A stretch of DNA of 56,148 nucleotides from Clostridia bacterium. Lineage in GTDB: Bacteria > Bacillota > Clostridia > Oscillospirales > CAG-272. Every line of letters starts with the position of its first letter. Position 1 is the stretch's first letter. The notes beneath the pieces are model-generated. The model worked only from the letters and a program-made list of their open reading frames with translations. It did not search any database and had not been told where the DNA came from. The stretch is taken from the NCBI GenBank assembly GCA_017504785.1, contig JAFVQL010000081.1:1-56148 (forward strand), in the 5' to 3' direction. A program made the position numbers and the translations under genes. Positions 8,929 through 19,890 of this stretch are shown piece by piece.

Positions 8929-11838
8929 ATGGCCAAAAAGACGATGAAGCTCTCGCAGCTCTCCAAGGATTTCGCAATGAAATCCAAGGACGTGCTCGAT
9001 GCCTTTAAGGACCTGGGAATGGAAAAGAAAAGCGGCGCCAATGCAGACGACGTTGAATTTGCGCTCTTCTTCCAGAAGGTAACGAAGGCAAACCAGATCG
9101 AAAACCTGGATGATTACGTAAAGGGCGTGGCAAAGATCCGCGCCGAAAAGCCCGCGGTAGAAGAAGAGAAGCCTGCCGAGGAGAAGAAGCCTGCCTTGAA
9201 GACCGAGGCGGCATCCGAAAAGAAAGAAGAAAAGGCTTCAGAGAAGGCAGAGCAGAAGCCCGCGGCAAAGGCAGAGGAAAAGCCTGCGGCGAAGGCGGAA
9301 GCGAAGCTCGCAGTGAAGGCAGAAGAAAAGCCTGCACCCAAGGCAGAGCCTCAAAGACCCGCTTACCCGATGCCCCGCCGCCTCGATAAGCCGCTTGAGC
9401 GCATCGTGCCGAAGAAGCCCGATCGCCCCGCACAGCCGCAGGGACAGAGAGGTGGCTTTGACCGCTCCCAGCAGCGCCCCGACGGCAGAGATAACCGCCA
9501 GCAGAGCCAGCAGGGCGGCCGCCGCTTTGATAACGGCTACGGCGCACGCCCGCAGGAAAATCCCTTTGCAAGAAAGCTCGACAATATGAGAAGAGAAGCA
9601 CAGGGCTTCAAGCCCGCCGGCTCGCAGACCCCCGTGCAGAAGCCCCAGCAGGCATCCACGGCGCGCCCCGCACAGCAGGCACTTCTCGAGAAAAAGCAGA
9701 AGCAGGCCGCCGCTGCCGCGGCTGTAAAGCCCGCCGCTGCCGCACCGAAGAAGGAAGAGAAGAAGGTGCAAAAGCAGCAGTTCAAGACCATTACGCCTAC
9801 CGTTAACACGCAGAACGTCAAGGGCGGCGTTAACATCGGCGGTGAGTATAACACCACGCAGCAGAAGACCCGCGTTGTCGATATGCGTACCTCGGATGTC
9901 AACCTTTCCAAGTACGACGATCGCTACAACGAGCAGTTCTATGCCATCGCAAACGGCACCGATTCCAAGGCGCAGAAGCAGAAGCTGAAGAAGCAGGATA
10001 ACCGCGGTCAGTTTGCCAAGAGCGCAAAGGATAAGGAGAGAGCCGCGCAGGAGAAGATCAAGCGCATGGAGGCCGAGCTTGCAAGAAAGAAGCAGCTGGA
10101 GATCACCGTGCCCGATGAGATCACGGTTTCCGAGCTTGCACTCCGCTTGAAGAAGAGTGCCGCAGAGGTGATCAAGCGCCCGATGCTCATGGGTGAGATG
10201 AAGGGTGTAAACGATATTCTCGACTACGGCACTGCCGAGCTGATCGCGGATGAATTCGGCGCAAAGGTCACCAAAGAGGTTGTCGTTACCATTGAAGAAA
10301 AGCTCTTTACCGAAGCAGAGGATACCGAAGAGGATCTCGTTCTTCGCGCACCCGTCGTCTGCGTTATGGGCCACGTTGACCACGGTAAGACCTCTATTTT
10401 GGACGCGATCCGCCACACGAACGTAACCCGCGGCGAGGCGGGCGGTATCACGCAGGCCATCGGTGCATACCGCGTAAAGGTACAGGATCAGGATATCACC
10501 TTCCTCGATACCCCCGGTCACGAGGCGTTTACCGCCATGCGTATGCGCGGTGCAAAGTCCACCGATATTGCGATCCTCGTCGTTGCCGCAGATGACGGCG
10601 TTATGCCCCAGACCATCGAGGCGATCAGCCACGCGAAGGCCGCAGGCATCGATATCATCGTTGCGATCAACAAGATGGATAAGCCCACCGCGAACCCCGA
10701 TAATATTCTGAATCAGCTGACACAGTATGACCTTGTGCCCGAGGCATGGGGCGGTGACGTGATCTGCGTTCCCGTTTCCGCGCTGACCGGCATGGGTATT
10801 ACGGACCTTCTTGAAAGCGTTCTGCTCGTTGCAGAGGTAAAGGAGCTTCGTGCAAATCCCAATAAGCGTGCAAAGGGTCTGGTTATCGAGTCCAGACTGG
10901 ATAAGGGCCAGGGCCCCGTTGCGACCATTCTCGTGCAGAACGGTACCTTGCATCAGGGGGATTACGTCATCGTTGGTAACGCGGTTGGCCGCGTGCACCT
11001 GATGAAGGACGATAAGGGAAGAAGCATCAAGAGTGCAGGTCCCTCCGTTCCCGTTGAGATCACCGGTCTTGACGACGTTCCGCAGGCAGGCGACGTGCTG
11101 AATGCGGTTGAGGACGAGAGAATGGCAAAGGATCTGGCAGAGCAGAGAAAAGAAAAGCTGCGCCAGGAGATCCTTGCTGCCAACGCCCGCGTAAACCTCG
11201 ACGATCTCTTCAGCCAGATCGCAGAGGGAACGCAGACGCTCAACGTCATCGTAAAGGCCGACGTGGCAGGCTCTGCCGAGGCGGTCAAGGCCTCGCTTCT
11301 CAAGCTTTCGGGTGAGGAAGTTAAGGTCAACGTGATCCACAGCGCCGTCGGCGGTATCACCGAGTCGGACGTTATGCTTGCGACCGCATCCAATGCGATC
11401 ATCGTCGGCTTTAACGTGCGCCCCGATAAGAACGCGCTGGATTCCGCAGAAAGAAACAAGGTAGATATCCGTACGCACCGCATCATCTACGAGATCATCG
11501 ACGAGATCGAGGCGGCTATGAAGGGTATGCTTGCGCCCACCTATAAAGAGGTGCTTCTCGGACATGCCGAGGTTCGCCAGACCATTCGCGTGCCCAACGT
11601 CGGCACGATCGCGGGCTCTTATATCCGTGACGGTAAGATCACGCGCCAGTCGCAGATCCGCGTTGTCAGAGACGGTATCGTTATCTTCGAGGATAAGATC
11701 TCCTCTCTGCGCCGCTTCAAGGATGACGTTAAAGAGGTCGGAGAAAGCTACGAATGCGGTGTCGGACTTGAAAAGTTTAACGATATCAAGGTCGGCGATA
11801 TACTGGAAGCCTTCGTGATGGAAGAGGTACAAAGATAA
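8929..11838 (+). CDS. infB: Translation initiation factor IF-2
   Basis: G-domain [25 protein letters not shown]; C-terminal [19 protein letters not shown]; long low-complexity N-terminus. Confidence 0.97.
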   Translation: MAKKTMKLSQLSKDFAMKSKDVLDAFKDLGMEKKSGANADDVEFALFFQKVTKANQIENLDDYVKGVAKIRAEKPAVEEEKPAEEKKPALKTEAASEKKEEKASEKAEQKPAAKAEEKPAAKAEAKLAVKAEEKPAPKAEPQRPAYPMPRRLDKPLERIVPKKPDRPAQPQGQRGGFDRSQQRPDGRDNRQQSQQGGRRFDNGYGARPQENPFARKLDNMRREAQGFKPAGSQTPVQKPQQASTARPAQQALLEKKQKQAAAAAAVKPAAAAPKKEEKKVQKQQFKTITPTVNTQNVKGGVNIGGEYNTTQQKTRVVDMRTSDVNLSKYDDRYNEQFYAIANGTDSKAQKQKLKKQDNRGQFAKSAKDKERAAQEKIKRMEAELARKKQLEITVPDEITVSELALRLKKSAAEVIKRPMLMGEMKGVNDILDYGTAELIADEFGAKVTKEVVVTIEEKLFTEAEDTEEDLVLRAPVVCVMGHVDHGKTSILDAIRHTNVTRGEAGGITQAIGAYRVKVQDQDITFLDTPGHEAFTAMRMRGAKSTDIAILVVAADDGVMPQTIEAISHAKAAGIDIIVAINKMDKPTANPDNILNQLTQYDLVPEAWGGDVICVPVSALTGMGITDLLESVLLVAEVKELRANPNKRAKGLVIESRLDKGQGPVATILVQNGTLHQGDYVIVGNAVGRVHLMKDDKGRSIKSAGPSVPVEITGLDDVPQAGDVLNAVEDERMAKDLAEQRKEKLRQEILAANARVNLDDLFSQIAEGTQTLNVIVKADVAGSAEAVKASLLKLSGEEVKVNVIHSAVGGITESDVMLATASNAIIVGFNVRPDKNALDSAERNKVDIRTHRIIYEIIDEIEAAMKGMLAPTYKEVLLGHAEVRQTIRVPNVGTIAGSYIRDGKITRQSQIRVVRDGIVIFEDKISSLRRFKDDVKEVGESYECGVGLEKFNDIKVGDILEAFVMEEVQR

Positions 11839-11956
11839 TATTTTGCAAACTATGCTTTGCAAAATAATGGATTTTTCCTTTAGATCGCGCATTTTTTCGT
11901 GAGAAAAAGTGCGCGATCTTTTTTTGTTTTTACGCTTCTTTTTTCTTTTGCGGGCG

Positions 11957-12175
11957 GAAACGGCGACCTGCGATAAAGCAGGTGCGCCGAACGATGTTTG
12001 CCCTTGCGTGCAAATGATGTTGCCTTCGGCAATGATGTTTACTGCGTAAGTGATGTTACGCTTGACGGCGTAATGGGCAAACATCACATCACTCGCGACC
12101 AACGGGCGCAACATCATTACGAACGAAGTGAGTAACATCACTTCTTTACCACCCGAAAACAAAAACATTGTATAA
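11957..12175 (+). repeat. Dispersed structured element, copy 1 (lacks the 3' tail)
   Basis: cggcgacctgcgataaagcaggt...(TGATGT-hairpin)x3...gggcaaacatcacatcactcgcgaccaacggg...acatca; homologous to 28069-28365 and to the reverse complement of 43470-43783. Confidence 0.9.
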
Positions 12176-12250
12176 TTTTTTTGTGAAAATTGCATGGGTT
12201 TTCGCGCGTTTTTTCTCATCCCTCGTGCGCGCGCATTTTTTAAAACCCTC

Positions 12251-12279
12251 TTGCAAAACGCGGAGAAGTAGTGTATAAT
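12251..12279 (+). promoter_or_regulatory. Sigma-A-type promoter for the 12.3-19.6 kb gene run
   Basis: TTGCAA-17 nt-TATAAT. Confidence 0.65.
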
Positions 12280-12317
12280 ATTTAAAATAGGATTTTTATA
12301 TTTTGGAGGCAGAGTCT

Positions 12318-13013
12318 TTGGAACAGATCTATACCATACCCGTCAACGAGGCGTTTGACGCGGGACTTGCGGAGGGCGCGTGCGCCTGCCCCTTCTGCAC
12401 GCTTTACAAGAAGCTGCAGGAGGACGAGCTGGATATCATTCTCGGGGCATCCATGATGGAGCCGGATATCCGCATGATGACCAATCGCCAGGGCTTTTGC
12501 CCCACGCATTATAAGAAAATGCTTTCGAGAAAGCGCCGCCTCGGCATGGGACTGATGCTGGAAAGCCATCTGCCCGACGTCAAGGCGCGCCTGAAGGGAA
12601 CGCCCCTTTCGCATCTTGCCTCGGTGGGCTTGCTTCTGTCGCTGGAAAAGGATTGCTACGTTTGCAACCGCATCGATAAGAACCTTTCCGCCATGATTGC
12701 TACGGCGGTCTACCTCTACGGCACGGACGAGGCCTTCGTGAAAAAGTTTGAGAGCCAGCCCTATTTCTGCCTTCCGCATTACCGCATGATGATCGATTAT
12801 GCGTCGAAGAAGATGGCGAAAAGGGAATTCAAGGAATTTTTCCCCGTGGCGGAGAAGATCGTTGCGACCTATCTCGACACGCTCGAGAAGGACGTCAGCT
12901 GGTTCTGCAAAAAGTTTGATTACCGCTACGACGAGGAGCCGTGGTACAATTCCAAGGATTCCATCGAGAGAAGCATTCGCTTCCTCTCATCGGATAACGG
13001 CGAGATAGAATAA
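12318..13013 (+). CDS. Conserved Clostridia protein, DUF6062-like (duplicated CxxC / FCxxH metal-binding motifs)
   Basis: IYTIPVNEAF, CPFC, GFCPTH, CYVC, YFCLPHY, WFCKKFDYR; TTG start 8 nt after GGAGG. Confidence 0.75.
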   Translation: MEQIYTIPVNEAFDAGLAEGACACPFCTLYKKLQEDELDIILGASMMEPDIRMMTNRQGFCPTHYKKMLSRKRRLGMGLMLESHLPDVKARLKGTPLSHLASVGLLLSLEKDCYVCNRIDKNLSAMIATAVYLYGTDEAFVKKFESQPYFCLPHYRMMIDYASKKMAKREFKEFFPVAEKIVATYLDTLEKDVSWFCKKFDYRYDEEPWYNSKDSIERSIRFLSSDNGEIE

Positions 13014-13053
13014 AAACGAATCGAATTTCAGATCATTGAAAGGATAAAAGTCT

Positions 13054-15387
13054 ATGATCATCGAAAAAATCAATATTAAGAGCTTCGGTATGCTCCGCGA
13101 TATGTCCATGGAGTTTTCGGATTCCGTGAACGTCATCGAGGGGTGCAACGAGGCGGGAAAAAGCACGCTGGCTGCGTTCATAAAGTACATGCTGTACGGC
13201 TTTGACGCGGCGGACGGCGAAAACGGGATCGGTGAGCGCCGCAAGCGCATCAACTGGGATACCGGCAGAGCAGAGGGCTCTATGACCGTGCGCGTGCGCG
13301 GTCGCCGCTATCTGATCAACCGCTCCACCGTTTTGGTGGACCCCACCGCGCAGAGAAGCACCTATAAAGAGGAATCGGCTATCGTGGATCTGGAAACGGG
13401 AACGCCCGCCTTCGGTAAATCCCCCGCAGGCGAGATCTTTTTCGGCGTGAAGCGCGAGCTGTTTGAGAACACCGCGTTCGTAGGCGCGCTCGGCGAAGCG
13501 CGCATCGCGGAGGGTACCGTTAAGGAATCCATCGAGAATATTCTTTTCTCGGGCAGCGAAAGGCTCAGCACCGAGAAGGCCGCTGCCAAGATCAGCGACA
13601 AGATGGAGGCGCTCCTGCACAAGACGGGCACGGGCGGCGCGATCTACGAGCTGGAGCAGAAGCTTGTGGCCTTGGAGGACGAGCTTGCCCGCACCAACGA
13701 GGCAAACCATCTCATTCTTGCCAAGGAGGCAGAGCTGCACGAGATCCGCGAGAAGCGAGGCGCCGCAGAGAAGAAGAAGGAAAGCCTTCACGAGCTGGAT
13801 GCTTGCTATAAAAACGTCATGCTGATCAAGAGCTTTGATAAGCTGCACGATACCGAAAAGGAATACGAGCAGAGAAGCGAGGCGCTGGCGGATTATATCG
13901 AGGCCAATACGCACAATCATTTCGTTCCCACGCCCTCGTACCTCACCGATCTTGCGGTGGCGCGCCGCGGTGTGAACGATACCTACCGCCGTATGATCGA
14001 AACGCGCGAGAAGTATTCGGAGCGCAAGAGCGCGGTGGGCATCACCCCCGGCCTTGAGCAGGCGATCGCGCTTTCGGATACCGTTGGCGGCGAGGAGGCG
14101 GTGCTTCGCGAATCCTCCGCACAGCAGAAAAAGAAGATCAAGAGCATTGCCCTCACCGTTCTCGGTGCGCTCGTGGCGCTCTTTGCCTTGGTGGCAGAGA
14201 TCATTGCGAAGGGCGCGCTTGCACAGCTTTTGCCCCGCATCGGCTTCGGCGTTTTGGCGCTCGGCGGTATCGCTCTCGGCGTGTATGCCCTTCTCTCGCT
14301 CCGCAAGAGCACGGATGCGCTGGGGGCGCTCTGTGAAAAGTTCGGCACGCAGAATACCGAGGAGCTTGCCGCGAAGATGGCGGTGATCGCGGAAAACCGC
14401 AAAAAAAGAGACGATCTTCTTTCGAGCACGCAGGATGCAAGGAGTGCCGCAGAGGATGCAAGAAAGCAATACGACGATGCGAAAAAGGAGCTTACGAGCG
14501 TGATCCTTCGTTGGGGCGAGGAGCCTCCCACGGCCGCGCTGAACGAGTTTCTTGACCGCTTGGAGGCAAAGATCTCCGCATACCTTGAGCAGAAGAACCG
14601 TCTGACCGAGGAGAAGAGCCGCGTGGAGACCTTAATGAAGGAGATCCGCCGCTCACTGGCCGATACGAGTGAGATCGATATTCGCGCCAGAGTTTCGCCG
14701 CTGAAGAGAAAGGCGCTGACCGACGTGAACTACCAGGAGATCCTTGAGGGGATCGAGGAATGCAGAGCCGTGATCGAAAAGCAGGATCGCCTTGCTTTCG
14801 ACGTGGAGAACGAGCTTGCCGCGCTGAAGCTGCGCGCGAAGGATCCCGGCGAGCTTCTGACGAAGATCCAGGCGCTGGAGTCCCGCATCGAAAAGCTGCG
14901 CCTGCACCATAAGGCGTACTACATTGCACACAACGCGGTGGTCGGCGCGTCGGAAAATCTGCGCGAGGAGATCTCTCCGCGTCTTGGCGCGTACGCGACG
15001 AATCTGATGGAGATCATGACCGATAAAAAGTACACCTCTCTCGATGTTTCCGAGGGAATGCGCGTGACCTTTAAAAACGCCGAGGGACAGGAGAAATCCG
15101 TGGATTTCCTTTCGGGTGGCACGCAGGATATGACCTATATCGCCGTTCGTATGGCGCTGATCGATATGCTTTATACGGAGCATCCGCCCATCTGCTTTGA
15201 CGAAAGCTTTGCCCATCAGGACAACGTGCGCGCCAAGAGCATGATGGAGGCGATCCGTTATCTTTCCGAGGAGGAAGGAAAGCAGAGCTTCATCTTCACC
15301 TGCCGCGCAAGAGAGACCGCACTTGCCAACGAGGCGGTTTCGGGCGCAGGCATTTATAAGCTTGCCGCCGCGGACGCGCAGGATTGA
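13054..15387 (+). CDS. SMC/Rad50-like ATPase, YhaN/AAA_27-like, with central membrane segments
   Basis: Walker A GCNEAGKST, signature LSGGT, Walker B ICFDES; long coiled coils flank two hydrophobic helices. Confidence 0.85.
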   Translation: MIIEKINIKSFGMLRDMSMEFSDSVNVIEGCNEAGKSTLAAFIKYMLYGFDAADGENGIGERRKRINWDTGRAEGSMTVRVRGRRYLINRSTVLVDPTAQRSTYKEESAIVDLETGTPAFGKSPAGEIFFGVKRELFENTAFVGALGEARIAEGTVKESIENILFSGSERLSTEKAAAKISDKMEALLHKTGTGGAIYELEQKLVALEDELARTNEANHLILAKEAELHEIREKRGAAEKKKESLHELDACYKNVMLIKSFDKLHDTEKEYEQRSEALADYIEANTHNHFVPTPSYLTDLAVARRGVNDTYRRMIETREKYSERKSAVGITPGLEQAIALSDTVGGEEAVLRESSAQQKKKIKSIALTVLGALVALFALVAEIIAKGALAQLLPRIGFGVLALGGIALGVYALLSLRKSTDALGALCEKFGTQNTEELAAKMAVIAENRKKRDDLLSSTQDARSAAEDARKQYDDAKKELTSVILRWGEEPPTAALNEFLDRLEAKISAYLEQKNRLTEEKSRVETLMKEIRRSLADTSEIDIRARVSPLKRKALTDVNYQEILEGIEECRAVIEKQDRLAFDVENELAALKLRAKDPGELLTKIQALESRIEKLRLHHKAYYIAHNAVVGASENLREEISPRLGAYATNLMEIMTDKKYTSLDVSEGMRVTFKNAEGQEKSVDFLSGGTQDMTYIAVRMALIDMLYTEHPPICFDESFAHQDNVRAKSMMEAIRYLSEEEGKQSFIFTCRARETALANEAVSGAGIYKLAAADAQD

Positions 15388-15441
15388 GGCTCGAAAAATC
15401 AAAGGAAAGGACTTGGCTGATTTGCCAAGGGTTTTGCGGCT

Positions 15442-16377
15442 ATGTCAAAAAAGATTTTGCTTGTTGGAAGTGCCAATATGGACCTTTCCATGAATATGCT
15501 TCGCGTTCCCGAGCCGGGAGAAACCCTGCTGGACGACGGGGGCGTTGCCTATCTGCCCGGCGGCAAGGGTGCCAATGCGGCGTGCGCGTTTGCGCGCCTT
15601 GGCGGGCACTCGGTCTTCTGCACGAAGCTTGGCGCGGATCTGCACGGTCAGAAGCTGTATTCTTACTATAAGGACCAAGGGATCGACACCTCTTACGTGA
15701 AGGTGGACCATGAATATCCCACCGGCCTTGCCGTTGTGATGAAGGAGTCGAGCGGAGAAAACCGCATCATCCTCTATCCCGGTGCAAACACGATGCTGAC
15801 GGCGGAGAACGCGCAGGAAGCCTTTGGCTGTGCGCCGGATGCGCTGTATCTCGGCTTTGAGATCCCCTTTGCGATCGCGGTGAGTGCCGCGCGGCTTGCC
15901 GCCGCGCGCGGAATTCCCATCTTCGTGGATGCCGCGCCCGCAAGCGAGGACCAGCCCCTGGAGTCTTTGCCCCCGATGGAGATCTTTTCTCCGAATGAAA
16001 CCGAAACCAAAGCCTATACGGGCATCGTTCCCTTTGGAACGGAGGGGTGCCTGCGTGCGGCACTGAATCTTTGCCGCCGCGTGAAATGCAAGCATCTCGT
16101 GATCAAGCTCGGCTCGCGCGGTGCGTTTATCTACGACGGAAAGCATTACGATATGATCCCTGCCTTCCGTGCGGAAAAGGTGGTGGACACCACCGCCGCA
16201 GGCGACGCCTTTACGGCGGCGATGACGCTTCGTTATCTTGAAAACGGCGGCGATATCAAGGATGCCGTTCGTTACGGCGCGGCCGCGGGCGCGATCACAG
16301 TATCGAGAAAGGGCGCGGCAGAGTCGGTTCCTACGAAGGAAGAGATCTTGGCTTTCCTTGAAAGAAATCCCGTTTAA
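15442..16377 (+). CDS. rbsK: Ribokinase (PfkB family)
   Basis: VGSANMDL, PGGKGANAA, SPNETE and VDTTAAGDAF motifs. Confidence 0.85.
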   Translation: MSKKILLVGSANMDLSMNMLRVPEPGETLLDDGGVAYLPGGKGANAACAFARLGGHSVFCTKLGADLHGQKLYSYYKDQGIDTSYVKVDHEYPTGLAVVMKESSGENRIILYPGANTMLTAENAQEAFGCAPDALYLGFEIPFAIAVSAARLAAARGIPIFVDAAPASEDQPLESLPPMEIFSPNETETKAYTGIVPFGTEGCLRAALNLCRRVKCKHLVIKLGSRGAFIYDGKHYDMIPAFRAEKVVDTTAAGDAFTAAMTLRYLENGGDIKDAVRYGAAAGAITVSRKGAAESVPTKEEILAFLERNPV

Positions 16378-16399
16378 CCGATATAAGAAGGGGAACGCT

Positions 16400-17338
16400 A
16401 TGAAAAATTACCGTTTGTCCGAAATATCCTTTCCCTCTGCGGATGGAAAGCATACGATCTACGGCGAGATCTACGAGCCGGCAGAAGGCGCGATCCGCGG
16501 CGTGGTGCAGCTTGCACACGGCATGACGGATTACGTTGCGCGCTACGAATGGCTGGCAAGCACGCTTTGCGATGCGGGCTACGTTTTTGCGGGGCACTGC
16601 CATTTGGGGCACGGCAGGAGCGCAGGCTCCGATGAGGATCTCGGCTATTTTGCGAAAAAGGACGGAATCTCCTATCTCATCAGCGATATGCATTCGATGA
16701 ATCGCTTGCTTCGCTCCCGTTATCACGGCATGCCCGTGATCGTGCTCGGGCACAGCATGGGTTCGTTTATTGCGCGACTTTACACCGCGAAGCATCCCCA
16801 CGCGATGGACGCCTGTGTCATTCTCGGTACGGGCGGAAAAAATCCCTTGCTCCCCTTTGGACTTGCGCTTTGCTCGATCCTTTCGCTCTTTTTGGGCGAT
16901 CGGCATCGCAGCGCGCTGGTTTCAAAGATGTCTACGGGAAGCTACTATAAGAAATTCGATCCCGCCGAGGGAACGACGGCTTGGCTCACGAGAGACGCCG
17001 CGCGCGTTTCCACCTATAAGACCGATCCGTACTGCAGCGTGACCTTCACGCTTTCGGCGTACAGAGATCTTTTCCGTATGCTCGGTGCGTGCAACAGCGC
17101 GTCCTGGTTTAAGGAGTATCCGAAGCGGATGCCAACCTTGATCATGAGCGGCGATCAAGACCCCGTCGGCAATTTCGGCAAGGGGGTAAACGAGGTGTAC
17201 CGCCGTATGCTTCTTGCGGGCTGCAGCAAGGTCTCGCTGAAGCTTTACGAGGGCGCGCGCCACGAGCTTTTCAATGAGCTCAACCGCGATGAATTTGCCG
17301 CCGATCTGATCCGCTTTTTAGAGGAAGTAACCAAATGA
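16400..17338 (+). CDS. Alpha/beta hydrolase (lysophospholipase-like)
   Basis: QLAHGMTD, LGHGRS, GHSMG nucleophile motif, GDQDPV, GARHEL; ATG at 16400 after AAGGGG. Confidence 0.9.
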   Translation: MKNYRLSEISFPSADGKHTIYGEIYEPAEGAIRGVVQLAHGMTDYVARYEWLASTLCDAGYVFAGHCHLGHGRSAGSDEDLGYFAKKDGISYLISDMHSMNRLLRSRYHGMPVIVLGHSMGSFIARLYTAKHPHAMDACVILGTGGKNPLLPFGLALCSILSLFLGDRHRSALVSKMSTGSYYKKFDPAEGTTAWLTRDAARVSTYKTDPYCSVTFTLSAYRDLFRMLGACNSASWFKEYPKRMPTLIMSGDQDPVGNFGKGVNEVYRRMLLAGCSKVSLKLYEGARHELFNELNRDEFAADLIRFLEEVTK

Positions 17339-18309
17339 TCTACGCTGCCGCAATCACAGGACCGACCGCATCGGGCAAGACCGCACTTTCGGTGCGTGCG
17401 GCAAAGGCACTCGGTGCAACGGTGCTTTGCTCGGACTCCATGCAGATCTATAAGGAAATGAGCATCGGCACGGCGAAGGTGCGCCCTGAGGAAATGGACG
17501 GCGTTACGCATCTGATGCTCGACGTTGCCTCCGTCACGGAGGATTTCAGCGTATATAGCTACAAGGCGATGGCTCTGCCCTTGGCAAAGGAGGTCGCAAA
17601 GAGCGGCCATCTGCCTCTTTTCGTCGGCGGTACGGGACTTTACCTTTCCGCACTCACGAGAAAGGACGCGGAGGCACCCGGCCGAAGCGAGGAATATATG
17701 CGCCGCCACGAAGCGCTTGCCGCCACCGAGGAGGGCAAGGAGCTTTTGCACCGCCGCCTTTTAGAGATAGATCCCGAAAGTGCCGCCGAGATCCATAAAA
17801 ACAACGTGCGCCGCGTTCTGCGCGCGCTCGAGATCTTTGACACCACGGGCAAAACCAAAAGTGCCTGGGACAAACAGAGCCGCGAGGGCGGGGGAGAGGT
17901 ATCTCTTCTGCACGTCACGCTCGATTTTAAAAACCGCGATCTTCTTTACGAGAGGATCGACCGCCGCGTACGCATTATGATGGAGGAGGGGCTTCTCTGT
18001 GAGGTGCGTGCACTGTATGAAAAAGGACTTTTATCTAAAGATACTGCCGCGATGGGCGCGATCGGCTATAAGGAATTTTTGCCGTATTTTAGGGGCGAAT
18101 GCTCGCTGGATGCGGTGGTGGATGCGATCTCGCTCGGCACGCGCCATTATGCGAAGCGCCAGCAGACCTGGTTTCGCCGTCAGCCCGATATACACAGAGT
18201 CTTTATGGACACCGACGACGGAAAAATGCGCCCGCAGGACGAGGTGCTTGCCGAGATCATGGCGTTGCTTGTGCCGTATGCCGAGGCGCATTACGGATTT
18301 TCAAAATGA
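17335..18309 (+). CDS. miaA: tRNA dimethylallyltransferase
   Basis: GPTASGKT, DSMQIYK.MSIGTAK, VGGTGLY, RRVLRALE, TRHYAKRQ.TWF. Confidence 0.97.
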   Translation: MIYAAAITGPTASGKTALSVRAAKALGATVLCSDSMQIYKEMSIGTAKVRPEEMDGVTHLMLDVASVTEDFSVYSYKAMALPLAKEVAKSGHLPLFVGGTGLYLSALTRKDAEAPGRSEEYMRRHEALAATEEGKELLHRRLLEIDPESAAEIHKNNVRRVLRALEIFDTTGKTKSAWDKQSREGGGEVSLLHVTLDFKNRDLLYERIDRRVRIMMEEGLLCEVRALYEKGLLSKDTAAMGAIGYKEFLPYFRGECSLDAVVDAISLGTRHYAKRQQTWFRRQPDIHRVFMDTDDGKMRPQDEVLAEIMALLVPYAEAHYGFSK

Positions 18310-18326
18310 TACGTTAAGGAGAAGAT

Positions 18327-19607
18327 ATGACTACCACGGCGCTGAAAAAAGCGTTGAAGGACGGCGCTCTCTCTGCACATAAGGCGCTTTATGCGGATAC
18401 CGCGGGACAAACGCGGCGTATGATCGATGCCGTTGCGGCATTTGAAAGGCAGTACGGAGAGGGAAGAGAGGCTTCGATTTTTTCCGTTCCCGGACGCTGT
18501 GAAACGATCGGGAACCATACCGACCACAACCGCGGCTGTGTGATCGCCGCCGCGATCAATCGCGATATCATTGCCGTTGCTTCTCCAAATGAGGACGGCG
18601 TGATCCGTATGCTTTCCGAGGGCTATGCGCCCGAAACGGTGGATCTTTCCTTGTCGGACGATCCGACCGCCTTCGAAAAATACTCCTCTGCCGCGCTCGT
18701 TGCGGGCGTAGCGGTGGGATTTGTTAAAAACGGTCATGCGATCGGTGGCTTTGACGTCTATTGCACCTCCGAGGTGCTGAAGGGGAGCGGTATTTCCTCC
18801 TCGGCGGCCTTCGCGGTGATGATCGGTAATATCATGAACCATCTGTATAACGACGGTGCAGTTGGTGCGATAGAGCTCGCGCAGATCTCCCGTTATTCCG
18901 AAAACGAGTTTTTTTGCAAGCCCTGCGGCTTGATGGATCAAACGGCGTGCGCCGTGGGCGGCTTCGTTTTTATTGACCTTGAAGACCCTGATAACCCCCG
19001 CATCGAGTCGATCGGGGCAGAGGCACTTGCCAAAAAAGGATACGAGCTTTGCCTCGTGAATACGGGCACGAGCCATGCGGATCTGAACGAGGATTATGCT
19101 TCCGTTCCGAAGGAGATGAAGGTGGTTGCGGCTCTGCTCGGCAGAGAGACCCTTCGCGGCACGGCCGAGAGCGAGCTTCTTTTTAGGGCGCCCGAGATCC
19201 GTAAGACCTTGGGTGACCGCGCCCTGCTTCGCGCGATCCATTTCGTCCGTGAAAACGAAAGGGTGCTTCTGGCGAAAGCCGCGCTGAAGGAGGGGAACGT
19301 CGATGCCTTCTTTAGCGAGATCCTCGCTTCGGGCCATTCTTCCTTTGAATATCTGCAAAACGTGTACACCGTCAAGGCGGTGCAGGATCAAGGCCTTTCC
19401 CTCGCACTTGCATGGACCGACGGATTTATGAAGACCCATGCGGGTGCTTTCCGCGTGCACGGCGGCGGCTTCGCCGGCACGATCCTCGCCTTCGTCAAGG
19501 CAGAAGATGCCGATTCTTACGTAAAGACCATGGACGGCGTTTTTGGAGAGGGAGCAACGATGCGGTTATGTGTTCGTCCTCACGGCGCAATCCGCTTGCT
19601 TGGATAA
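18327..19607 (+). CDS. galK: Galactokinase (GHMP kinase)
   Basis: PGRCETIGNHTDHN, GSGISSSAA, KPCGLMDQ, RVHGGGFAGT. Confidence 0.85.
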   Translation: MTTTALKKALKDGALSAHKALYADTAGQTRRMIDAVAAFERQYGEGREASIFSVPGRCETIGNHTDHNRGCVIAAAINRDIIAVASPNEDGVIRMLSEGYAPETVDLSLSDDPTAFEKYSSAALVAGVAVGFVKNGHAIGGFDVYCTSEVLKGSGISSSAAFAVMIGNIMNHLYNDGAVGAIELAQISRYSENEFFCKPCGLMDQTACAVGGFVFIDLEDPDNPRIESIGAEALAKKGYELCLVNTGTSHADLNEDYASVPKEMKVVAALLGRETLRGTAESELLFRAPEIRKTLGDRALLRAIHFVRENERVLLAKAALKEGNVDAFFSEILASGHSSFEYLQNVYTVKAVQDQGLSLALAWTDGFMKTHAGAFRVHGGGFAGTILAFVKAEDADSYVKTMDGVFGEGATMRLCVRPHGAIRLLG

Positions 19608-19890
19608 ATTGCCGCACACTGCGTTGTCGCCACACTTGCTCGCATCGCCGTAGGTAACTACGGCTTCTGCTTGCGCGGTGCCTTACGCCTTGTTTGCGAC
19701 AATTTCTCACGGCGCAAGAATTTGCTTGGATAATAATCGCCGCATACTGCGTTTGTCGTTTCTTGCTTGGATAAATCGCCGCATACTGCGTTGTCGATGC
19801 ACTCGCTCGCATCGCCGTAGTCATCTACGGCTTCAGCTCGATCGGCATCTTACGCCTTGTCTGCGACGATTTCTCGCGCGCAAGAATTTG
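19595..19890. repeat. Tandem palindromic (REP/MITE-like) ~128-nt element: full unit, 5' fragment, full unit
   Basis: ttgcttggata..a(t)(t/c)gccgca(c/t)actgcgtt starts at about 19596, 19722 and 19763; full units end gcgcaagaatttg at 19724 and 19890; central hairpin gccgtag-N4-ctacggc. Confidence 0.85.

Noticed and set aside
11990-12145. TGATGT/ACATCA modules as a mini-CRISPR array
   Set aside because: Repeats are only 6 nt, the spacers are short hairpins, orientation inverts midway, and no cas genes are present.
3532-12219. Very long antisense ORFs (3532..6165, 9238..12219; similarly 31396..33357 and 36809..39196)
   Set aside because: They are shadows of real genes on the opposite strand caused by codon bias, with no recognisable motifs.
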